From Nanobdellota archaeon (lineage in GTDB: Archaea > Nanobdellota > Nanobdellia > Pacearchaeales > GW2011-AR1), in NCBI GenBank assembly GCA_018817905.1, contig JAHISS010000107.1:1-39554 (forward strand): a stretch of DNA of 39,554 nt. Reading direction: 5' to 3'. Numbering within the stretch: position 1 is the stretch's first letter; the number at the start of each line of letters is the position of its first letter. The notes beneath the pieces are model-generated. The model was not told the DNA's origin. It ran no database searches and saw only the letters and a list, made by a program, of their open reading frames with translations. Made by a program: the position numbers and the translations under genes. Below, piece after piece: positions 18,405 through 25,570 of the stretch.

Positions 18405-19802
18405 TTAATTTGATTTAATTTTTTCAATTATGCTTGAGGAAGATTTTCCTTCGACAGGAGGAATGAATTTTATTTGCCCACGGAAGTTTTCTATAATTTT
18501 TCTTTCTTCTTGGTCAATTGAATCTAAACTGTAATCGCCGCCTTTGACAAAAATATCTGGCTGGAATTCTGCTAAGTACTTTTCAACAGTTAATTCTGGA
18601 AAAACAATTATGTTATCGACAAATTCTAATGAGGACAAAATTTCTGCCCGCTCATTTTCTGTCTGAATTGGCCTCCCTTCTCCTTTTATTTTTCTTACAG
18701 AATCGTCTGAATTAATCCCTACAATCAGAACATCGCCTAATTTTTTTGCTTCTTTTAGATAGTGCAGGTGCCCTATGTGGAGCAAATCAAAGCACCCGTT
18801 CGCCCATACTAATTTTTTTCCTTTTCGTTTTAGGTCAGTCACCTCTGATTTTAAGCGATTAAAATCCAATATCTTTTTTTCTCCGGAAATAGCCTTGTCT
18901 GTTAATTCTTTTAAGCTAACAGAATAAGTCCCTGTTTTTTCCACCGCTATTCCCGCGGCGTGGTTTGCTATGATTGCTGCTTCGCTTAGGCGTGCTCCTG
19001 CAGCTACGGCAAGTGCAAGCGCTGCAATTGCGCTGTCTCCTGCGCCAGTTACGTCATATACTGCCCTGGCATAAGTTGGAATTTCAAGATACTGGTCGGA
19101 AAATAAAGACATCCCTTCTTTTCCGCGAGTCACTAAAACATTTGTTTCTAGATTTTCCCGAAGGATTTCCCCAGATTTTTTTAAGTCTGAACAAAGAGCC
19201 ATTTCTTTAGCTTCTTTTTCGTTTGGAGAGATAAGAAATACTCCCTTGTATAACTCTTTATTTTTAGGTTTTGGATCTACGATTATTTTGTTTTTGAAAG
19301 CGCTTAACGTCTTAATGAGTCCATAATTTACTGCTCCCTTTGCATAGTCTGAAATCAAAATAATTTTCGCTTCTCTTATTTCATTTATCATTTTTTCTTT
19401 TGTTGTTTCGCTGAAACTTTTTTCTGAAGTTTCTTCCTTGTCGCAACGCAACAACTGTTGTTCTCCCCCGATAATTCTTGTTTTCTGAGTTGTGACTTGG
19501 TTTTCATCTAAAAAATATGCAATTCCTTTCTCTTTTAATAATTCTTTTACAATTTCTGCGTTTTTGTCCTTGCCGACAAAACCGAAAAGTGAAACGCGGC
19601 CACCCAATGAAACGACGTTTGATGCAACATTTGCAGCCCCGCCAAGCTCGTTAAATTCGTTCTCTAAGGAAACAATCGGGACTGGCGCTTCTGGGTTGAT
19701 GCGTGAAACATTTCCCTGCAAATATCTGTCAAGCATTACGTCTCCAATTATCACTATTTTCGTGCCCCTAAAATTGGAAAGAATTTTGTTTATGTTTTTC
19801 AT
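18405..19802 (-). CDS. hldE: Bifunctional D-glycero-beta-D-manno-heptose-7-phosphate kinase / heptose-1-phosphate adenylyltransferase
   Basis: The N-terminus IVIIGDVMLDRYLQGNVSRINPEAPVPIV...GGAANVASNV and GAGDS belong to a pfkB kinase domain. The C-terminal NGCFDLLHIGHLHYLKEAK belongs to a cytidylyltransferase-type domain. 465 aa. Confidence 0.85.
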   Translation of the reverse strand: MKNINKILSNFRGTKIVIIGDVMLDRYLQGNVSRINPEAPVPIVSLENEFNELGGAANVASNVVSLGGRVSLFGFVGKDKNAEIVKELLKEKGIAYFLDENQVTTQKTRIIGGEQQLLRCDKEETSEKSFSETTKEKMINEIREAKIILISDYAKGAVNYGLIKTLSAFKNKIIVDPKPKNKELYKGVFLISPNEKEAKEMALCSDLKKSGEILRENLETNVLVTRGKEGMSLFSDQYLEIPTYARAVYDVTGAGDSAIAALALAVAAGARLSEAAIIANHAAGIAVEKTGTYSVSLKELTDKAISGEKKILDFNRLKSEVTDLKRKGKKLVWANGCFDLLHIGHLHYLKEAKKLGDVLIVGINSDDSVRKIKGEGRPIQTENERAEILSSLEFVDNIIVFPELTVEKYLAEFQPDIFVKGGDYSLDSIDQEERKIIENFRGQIKFIPPVEGKSSSSIIEKIKSN

Positions 19803-20038
19803 TACATCGGGTCCTCAAAATTTAATTGATAAGAAATCCCTTCAGCTTGCTGCGATTGCGAAAATGCCGCCCAACTCCCCGCGATTATCACATCTGATAA
19901 TTTGTGTTGATGGGGGCTGCTTTTTGATTTTATCTGAATATTCCGCAGTCTTTCTGCGATTGGGAGTTTTATTAAATCTTTTTGTGGGTTTGTTTTTGAT
20001 GGCATTTTATTATTGATACTTTTACTTTATGGAGTTGT

Positions 20039-20680
20039 TCATTTTGTGCTTTCGACTCTTTTCCAAGCATCTTGGTATTCCTTTTTTAATATTCTCGTGT
20101 GATAGAAAACGAGCATCCAGATATATAACCTTGTGGGGAATAATGCCAAGGTGTAAATTATTTCTTTAAAGCTCTCTGGGTAAAAAATTGCCCTGTGTCC
20201 TTCTATTAATTCATTTTTGAAAGATTTTGTTCTTGGTATTTTTTTTATGTTTACGTATTTTCTTGTTGCTTCGTGCCCCTTGGCTGTTCGCTTTTTTTGT
20301 TCTATGAAGTCGTGAAGATTTTTTGGGAAAGTGACGTACACTACTGCACTCGGGACGTAGGATATCTTGTATCCTTTTTCTCTGAACAAATAAGAGATAA
20401 CTGTGTCTTCTGGTATGTCTAATGGGAATTTTTTTATAACGTTGTTCCTGAATGCCCAAAAGTAACCAGAGCATTCTAGAAATTTTTTCTTTCTGAATCT
20501 CTTTAATCTTGCTTTGTGCGCGCCGACGTCGCATAAGAGGTGCGACCAATAACCAAAGATGTTTTCTTTAGAATCTATAGAGACCGGCCTCCCAGACACG
20601 CACCCCACTCCAGCGTCTTTAAAAGGTTCTAAAAGATATTTTAAACAATTTGATTTTACGTAAACAAACCTAGTTTTTAT
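20039..20680 (-). pseudogene. 5'-truncated paralogue of the GT2 gene at 23725..24633 (lacks about 95 N-terminal residues, including the nucleotide-binding part)
   Basis: The ORF 20039..20608 aligns collinearly with residues about 113-300 of the 302-aa GT2 (GCVSGRPVS/GCVTGKPVS, ECSGY, PRTKSF, FYP). Similarity continues upstream in frame (FVYVKSNCLKYLLEPFKDAGV vs DVYVSDNVLEEILKKFKDPKI) as far as a stop at 20681..20683. No ATG is present, only a GTG. Confidence 0.7.
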
Positions 20681-20697
20681 TTATTCCTATTTGTGGT

Positions 20698-20710
20698 AAA
20701 ACTTTTTAAA
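20698..20710 (+). promoter_or_regulatory. Promoter element AAAACTTTTTAAA of ferredoxin copy 2
   Basis: Identical 13-mer to 18174..18186, centred about 25.5 nt upstream of ATG 20732. Confidence 0.45.
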
Positions 20711-20731
20711 GGGCTTTTTCTTTTAAAGGGC

Positions 20732-20917
20732 ATGGTGAAGAAAATAAAAATTGACCAGGAAAAATGCATCGGCTGTGGTCTTTGCCTTAGCATTTGTAGT
20801 GAATATTTTGATATGAAAGATGACAAGGCTGTTGTAAAAAAATCAGATATTGAAAAGAAAGATAGTTTGAAAGAGGCTATAACCTCGTGCCCTGTTGAAG
20901 CAATAAAGACTTTTTAA
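20732..20917 (+). CDS. Small single-cluster ferredoxin, second copy
   Basis: 61 aa: KIKIDQEKCIGCGLCLSICSEYFDM...SCPVEAIKTF. Clear paralogue of 18208..18393. Confidence 0.75.
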   Translation: MVKKIKIDQEKCIGCGLCLSICSEYFDMKDDKAVVKKSDIEKKDSLKEAITSCPVEAIKTF

Positions 20918-21072
20918 GTTTCTATTGTTTTGATGGTAAACTGTATAAATTCATGACGTCTGTTGCTTCTTAAAAAAGTTTTGGAAAAATTAACTGAAGA
21001 AATTTTAATAGAAATTAATAATAGGCCCGTAAAGAGAAATCCTGCAGGGTCATATCGAAATGCAATTTGTTT

Positions 21073-22221
21073 AGAGAACTTTGCAAAATTCGGTCGTTGA
21101 CGACCGAAAAATCTAATTAGTCTGATGTTTTTATTTTAGTGAAAGAGGATAGAATGGAATCACTAATCGATTTTGCTTTGCAAGAGAAATATGCGAGAGT
21201 CAAAAAACTTCGCTCAAGACTTGAAGACATGAACAAATTAATTGAGTGGAATAAATTTCTCCCACTTTTTCCGCAACGAGCAACGCTCGTCGGAAGACCT
21301 AATTATGAAAAAATTCTGATGACAAAATTAATGTTTCTGCAAGGATGGTACACACTTAGCGACGAGGAATTAGAATTTCAAGTTAATGACAGATTAAGTT
21401 TCCAACAGTTTTTGGGTTTCCCAAAAACTGTTCCCGATTATTCAACTGTATGGAGATTCAGGGAAGCATTAACACAAGATGATACAATGGATAAACTTTG
21501 GGATGAATTGCAACGACAGATTGATGAGAAAAATATTAAAGTTGAGAAGGGCGTTATCCAAGATGCGACGTTTATAGTCGCTGATCCGGGAAAGACTAAA
21601 TCAGGAATGGATGAAAGAGGACAAGCAGCTAAGACATCGCGTTCACGCGATGGTAGTTGGACAAAAAAAGGAGAGAAAAGTTATTTCGGTTACAAAGCTC
21701 ACACAAAAACAGAAAGAGGTTCAAAAATTGTAAAAGACATTGCCGTCACGACGGCAAAAGTTCATGATGGGGCGATTGACTTAGCGGTAGCCAGCGATGT
21801 CATGTATCGCGATAGGGGTTATACTGGAATTAAAACAAAAGCAAAAGGCGATGCCACGATGAAACGTGGCAACTTGTCTGTTAAAGACAAGTTGAGAAAC
21901 AAAAGAATTCAACTGAAAAGAAACCAAGGCGAACATCCATACGGAACAATCAGCAGGTCTTTCCATGGAGGATCTACAAAATTGACGACGGTTAAACGCG
22001 TGTTTGTCCAACAAGCGTTTGTTTTCATGGCTTACAATCTTTTCAGACTAGGATTCCTGTTGAGATAATAGCGGTAGCTCTGAAGAAAATTCCTGAATAG
22101 AGAGAATCAACGTGTAAGTTTGTTTGCGGATAACGATAAAATTTGGGCAAAGCCCAAATTTTCTGTATTTGGTTTTTGTTTTCAAATTATTTGTTGAAAA
22201 TTGAATTATTCAAAGTTCTCT
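21073..22221 (+). mobile_element. IS5-family insertion sequence (about 1.15 kb)
   Basis: Imperfect terminal inverted repeats: AGAGAACTTTGCAAAATT (21073..21090) and the reverse complement of 22204..22221 (AGAGAACTTTGAATAATT). There is a single DDE transposase ORF. Internal hairpins are TTCGGTCG-TTGA-CGACCGAA (21089..21108) and AAAATTTGGGC-AAA-GCCCAAATTTT (about 22138..22162). Confidence 0.7.
21154..22068 (+). CDS. IS5-family DDE transposase
   Basis: The N-terminal LMFLQGWYTLSDEELEFQVNDRLSFQQFLG matches the DUF772-type domain. The DDE region shows IQDATFIVAD, GYKAHTK, YRDRGYTG and NQGEHPYG. An alternative GTG start lies at 21139. Confidence 0.8.
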   Translation: MESLIDFALQEKYARVKKLRSRLEDMNKLIEWNKFLPLFPQRATLVGRPNYEKILMTKLMFLQGWYTLSDEELEFQVNDRLSFQQFLGFPKTVPDYSTVWRFREALTQDDTMDKLWDELQRQIDEKNIKVEKGVIQDATFIVADPGKTKSGMDERGQAAKTSRSRDGSWTKKGEKSYFGYKAHTKTERGSKIVKDIAVTTAKVHDGAIDLAVASDVMYRDRGYTGIKTKAKGDATMKRGNLSVKDKLRNKRIQLKRNQGEHPYGTISRSFHGGSTKLTTVKRVFVQQAFVFMAYNLFRLGFLLR

Positions 22222-22263
22222 TTATATCGGCATATGTTTTTTAAATTACATAAACCTACTTGC

Positions 22264-23277
22264 CTAATCGGACAACTTTTCTGTTTGACATATGCCTGCT
22301 TCGAGGGCAAATAACACTTCTTCAGCAGTTATGCTTTTTGTTAACTCCTCCGAATATTGGTCCATCTTTTCTGGGAAAAAATCGTGCAGTATTGGAGAGA
22401 CTACTTTCGTTAGGAAGCCGTATGATTCAACTTCGTTAGGGGACGTGCAGAAAAATAATCCTATCGTGGGTTTTTTCAAAGCAATAGAAACATGCAACGG
22501 AAAACTATCTGAACAAATTATGGCTCTGCAAAGATTTACCAAGGCGATAAATTGCCCGCCTGTGTTTTTTGGATTGTTTCTACACACAGACACTCCGTCT
22601 TTTTCTAAAGCCCTTACAAATTTTTTGTGTTTTTCTGTTTCGTCTGGACCTCCAAAGATTAAAATGTCATGATTTTTCTCTCTGGCTTTTTTTATGAATT
22701 CTTTAATCCTCTCCTCATGCCAAACTTTAGATGGCCATCTGGGGGATGCACCCAGATGGATCCCTAGAAGGTTTTCCTTTTGGATATTGTTAGTTTTAAC
22801 AAATTCTTCGGCGTATTCGACATCCTTTTTGTTTAGCACCATCTCTGCGAGTTCTTTATTGTTGGGTAATTCTGCAGCCATGAACATCATTTCCTGATAA
22901 GTCTTGGTGTTTGTTTTTTTAAGTTCATCATCAAACAAAGTGTTTAGATAATATTCTGCACCAACATTGTATGCTGCGGGGTATCCGGCTTCTGAAAAAA
23001 ACCCGAATTTTTCTTTTGCTTTTATTTTGTTAGCGAGTGCTGTTGCATATTCGTCTATATCAAAATTGTAAAGAATGTCAAATTCTTCTTTGCTTTCAAA
23101 AGGCACGGTGAATAACTGGTCAATGTATTGAATTCCAGATAAAATTTCTTTTACGTTGTCTTTTGTTATCCACTTGATTTTTGAGTCTTTATATTTATCC
23201 TTTATTGACCTTACAATGGGTAATGTTCTGACTACGTCTCCCTTTGCACCAAGTTTAATTATTACTATTTTTCTCAT
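22264..23277 (-). CDS. GT9-family glycosyltransferase (heptosyltransferase-like), copy 1
   Basis: N-terminus MRKIVIIKLGAKGDVVRTLPIVRSIKDKY...IKWIT is typical of GT9. The C-terminal part shows ICSDSFPLHVSIALKKPTIGLF. Confidence 0.75.
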   Translation of the reverse strand: MRKIVIIKLGAKGDVVRTLPIVRSIKDKYKDSKIKWITKDNVKEILSGIQYIDQLFTVPFESKEEFDILYNFDIDEYATALANKIKAKEKFGFFSEAGYPAAYNVGAEYYLNTLFDDELKKTNTKTYQEMMFMAAELPNNKELAEMVLNKKDVEYAEEFVKTNNIQKENLLGIHLGASPRWPSKVWHEERIKEFIKKAREKNHDILIFGGPDETEKHKKFVRALEKDGVSVCRNNPKNTGGQFIALVNLCRAIICSDSFPLHVSIALKKPTIGLFFCTSPNEVESYGFLTKVVSPILHDFFPEKMDQYSEELTKSITAEEVLFALEAGICQTEKLSD

Positions 23278-23298
23278 GCAGATAAAGTGAAGACAGAG

Positions 23299-23306
23299 TT
23301 TTTAAA
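23299..23306. promoter_or_regulatory. Shared central TATA-like octamer of a 50-nt divergent spacer
   Basis: TTTTTAAA lies exactly 21 nt from the start codons at 23277 (-) and 23328 (+). Confidence 0.45.
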
Positions 23307-23327
23307 GATGGGTGTTTAGGGAATTTA

Positions 23328-23741
23328 ATGAAAATTTATATTGCCGGAAAGGTGCGAAATGCGCAGGAAAGAGCCGATTTAGAAGAGATAGACTCTTTAT
23401 GCAAGTCTCTTGGTTTTAAAACATTTCTTCCGCACAGAGATGTTGGTCTTGCTAAAGGTATTGAGGATGTCAAAAGAATATTCGGTGGCGATATAACCGA
23501 AGGTTTCAAAAATGTGGACATTGTTGTGGCGGTTCTTGATGGTCTGCATGTCGGTGCAGGAACCGCATGGGAGATAGGTTATGCTTATGCAAAAGGAATT
23601 CCCGCAATCGGCATTAAAACCGACGAAAAAGTCGAAGAAGCATTAGAATATCTAAGCGCAATTCTGATTGGATCTATGGAGATTGTCAGTTCGATGAAAG
23701 AATTGAAAGACAAGTTGTCTCGATTTAATCAAGCGTCCTAG
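23328..23741 (+). CDS. Nucleoside 2-deoxyribosyltransferase-like protein
   Basis: 137 aa with MKIYIAGKV, VVAVLDG and GAGTAWEIGYAYAKGIPAIGI, the conserved Glu context of PF05014-type proteins. Confidence 0.65.
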   Translation: MKIYIAGKVRNAQERADLEEIDSLCKSLGFKTFLPHRDVGLAKGIEDVKRIFGGDITEGFKNVDIVVAVLDGLHVGAGTAWEIGYAYAKGIPAIGIKTDEKVEEALEYLSAILIGSMEIVSSMKELKDKLSRFNQAS

Positions 23742-24633
23742 TTGTCGGTGTTTCCTTCACGCGCCACCCATCCGCGTAGATTTTATTGCTATTAATCTCG
23801 CTGAAAGCCTTGAAATAAATATAAAGCCGTGCAAAGTATGCTTCAATGTTCCAGAAAAATTCTTTTAAATTTTTTGGGTAAAAGAGGGCGAAAAACGCAC
23901 CCCACCTTATTTCGTTAAAAAAAGATTTTGTGCGTGGTGCGCCCGAAATCAGCCTGTTCAGATTTTCATGGCCTTTAATGTTTCTTATTTTTTGATTTGT
24001 CCAATCTTCCCAGTTGCTTGGATTTTTTACATATACTTCTGCTTTTTCTGCATAAGCAATTTTATAACCTTTTTTCCAGAATAAATGGGAAATTATTGCA
24101 TCCTCGCAAGCCCCTAATGGAAAGTCGAAAAGCACGCCCTTCCTAATCGCAAATAGATAACCTGAACATTCAAAGAATTTTCCTTGTTTTGATAACTCGC
24201 TTCTTGCTCTGTGAATACCCTCGAAAAACAAATTGGACCAGTAACCATATTTCGTGTTTTTTGGATTGATTGAAACAGGTTTTCCAGTCACGCAGCCAAT
24301 TTTCGGGTCTTTAAATTTTTTAAGTATTTCTTCTAGGACATTGTCAGAAACATAGACATCTCCGTCGGTAAGTATGAATATGTCGTTCGTGTTGCTTGAA
24401 CCATGCTCTTGGAACAGTAGATTTAGAGCGTAGCTTTTGCCCTCGCCCGGATCAAGAAAAAATTCTACATTCCTGCTATTAAGATTTTTTTCCAAAAATT
24501 CTTCTGTTTCCGAAAATGGGTCTACAACGATTATCTTAAATTCTTCTTTAATCTTTTGGCGCAGAAAGGATTTGACTGCTCTTAACGTTGCCTTTGGTTC
24601 CCTGTAAGAACTTATAATTATGTCTATCATCAA
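23725..24633 (-). CDS. GT2 glycosyltransferase (NodC/cellulose-synthase-like subtype with hydrophobic C-terminus)
   Basis: IIISSYREP, LTDGDVYV and GACEDAIISHLFWKKGYKI (ED motif). QKIRNIKG sits in the position of QxxRW. This is the intact paralogue of pseudogene 20039..20680. Confidence 0.75.
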   Translation of the reverse strand: MMIDIIISSYREPKATLRAVKSFLRQKIKEEFKIIVVDPFSETEEFLEKNLNSRNVEFFLDPGEGKSYALNLLFQEHGSSNTNDIFILTDGDVYVSDNVLEEILKKFKDPKIGCVTGKPVSINPKNTKYGYWSNLFFEGIHRARSELSKQGKFFECSGYLFAIRKGVLFDFPLGACEDAIISHLFWKKGYKIAYAEKAEVYVKNPSNWEDWTNQKIRNIKGHENLNRLISGAPRTKSFFNEIRWGAFFALFYPKNLKEFFWNIEAYFARLYIYFKAFSEINSNKIYADGWRVKETPTTRTLD

Positions 24634-24824
24634 ATTACCTCTATTGGATAATCTTCAGGCCTAATAATAACAATCTTCTCTCCAGATTCGGATTCTGCAA
24701 TTATTCTGCACTTTTTAGTTCCTTGCTTGCCTATTTCCGATAGTTCAGTTTCATTCACTGTGAACGTTCTCCCGGCTAATTTTATCTTATCGCCTTTCTT
24801 TAATTTTTTAGCTTCTTTTTTCAT
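24630..24824 (-). CDS. 64-aa protein resembling the N-terminal SH3/KOW-like domain of aIF5A
   Basis: LKKGDKIKLAGRTFTVNETELSEIGKQGTKKCRIIAES...PIEV lines up with aIF5A LKxGxyvxidGxPcxivexsxSKpGKHGxAKaRivg...vEV. It lacks the C-terminal OB domain. Its stop overlaps the downstream GT2 start (ATGA). Confidence 0.35.
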   Translation of the reverse strand: MKKEAKKLKKGDKIKLAGRTFTVNETELSEIGKQGTKKCRIIAESESGEKIVIIRPEDYPIEVI

Positions 24825-24845
24825 GTTTTATCTAAAAAAGTCAAA

Positions 24846-24853
24846 CTTATAAA
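24846..24853. promoter_or_regulatory. Shared central TATA-like octamer of a 50-nt divergent spacer
   Basis: CTTATAAA lies exactly 21 nt from the start codons at 24824 (-) and 24875 (+). Confidence 0.45.
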
Positions 24854-24874
24854 CTTTATCTGCTTGCGCCGAAT

Positions 24875-25570
24875 ATGAAAAAGGCTATTGTGCTATGCTC
24901 GGGCGGGCTGGACAGCGTGGTGACAGCATATTACGTGAAGAAAAGACTGGATTATGAAAAAATAGTTATTTTGTTTTTTGATTATGGACAAAAAAGTCTA
25001 GAAGATGAAAGACTCTGTGCCGAAATGTGCGCGCGGGACTTGAATACCGAATTTAAAGAAATTCGACTTCCTGAACTTGGAAATTTGTCTGCTTCGCTGA
25101 TTAACAAGGGAGGTGAGATAAAGAAATTGTTGGTGAGCGACTTGAGAAACACTGGGGAAGAAAGTAAAAAATGGTACGTGCCCTGCCGAAATGTTGTTTT
25201 TTTGGTTTACGCGCTGGCATTAGCAGAATCTGAATTTTTAAAAAACAAAAAAATTTCAGACATTTTTGTAGGCTTCAAAAACGAAGGTAATGAAAGTTAT
25301 CCTGACACAACAAAAAAATTTGTTGAAAAGATTAACTCTTTGGGGGAAGAAGTTTGTGCAGGAAAATTTGAGATTTTTGCTCCGTTGATTGAGAAAGATA
25401 AAGAAGATATTGTCTTGCTAGGCAAAAAACTTGGTGTTGATTTTGCAAAAACATTTAGTTGTTATGCTGGTAGCGAGAGACACTGCGGCAATTGTCTTGC
25501 GTGCAAGTTGAGGCAACAAGGATTTTATTGGGCGGGCGTTGAAGATCCGACGAATTACGCAAAAGGTTAG
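24875..25570 (+). CDS. queC: 7-cyano-7-deazaguanine (preQ0) synthase
   Basis: AIVLCSGGLDSVV (PP-loop), VPCRN and the C-terminal zinc motif CGNCLACKLR; 231 aa. Confidence 0.85.
   Translation: MKKAIVLCSGGLDSVVTAYYVKKRLDYEKIVILFFDYGQKSLEDERLCAEMCARDLNTEFKEIRLPELGNLSASLINKGGEIKKLLVSDLRNTGEESKKWYVPCRNVVFLVYALALAESEFLKNKKISDIFVGFKNEGNESYPDTTKKFVEKINSLGEEVCAGKFEIFAPLIEKDKEDIVLLGKKLGVDFAKTFSCYAGSERHCGNCLACKLRQQGFYWAGVEDPTNYAKG

Noticed and set aside
19802-20005. 67-aa minus-strand ORF immediately upstream of hldE
   Set aside because: No recognisable motif. It occupies the region where the hldE promoter should be and may be a relic. There is not enough evidence to call it a gene.
20211-20549. 112-aa Arg/Lys-rich ORF in an alternative frame of the GT2 pseudogene
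   Set aside because: It is an alternative frame of a region whose other frame has clear collinear homology to the intact GT2. Its composition is typical of an out-of-frame artefact.
23328-25570. A 7-deazaguanine DNA-modification or defence system (queC plus a nucleoside-transferase-like gene)
   Set aside because: No tgt/dpdA-like transglycosylase, queD, queE or folE is present in the window. In archaea queC is a housekeeping gene for archaeosine, and the two genes are separated by glycan genes.
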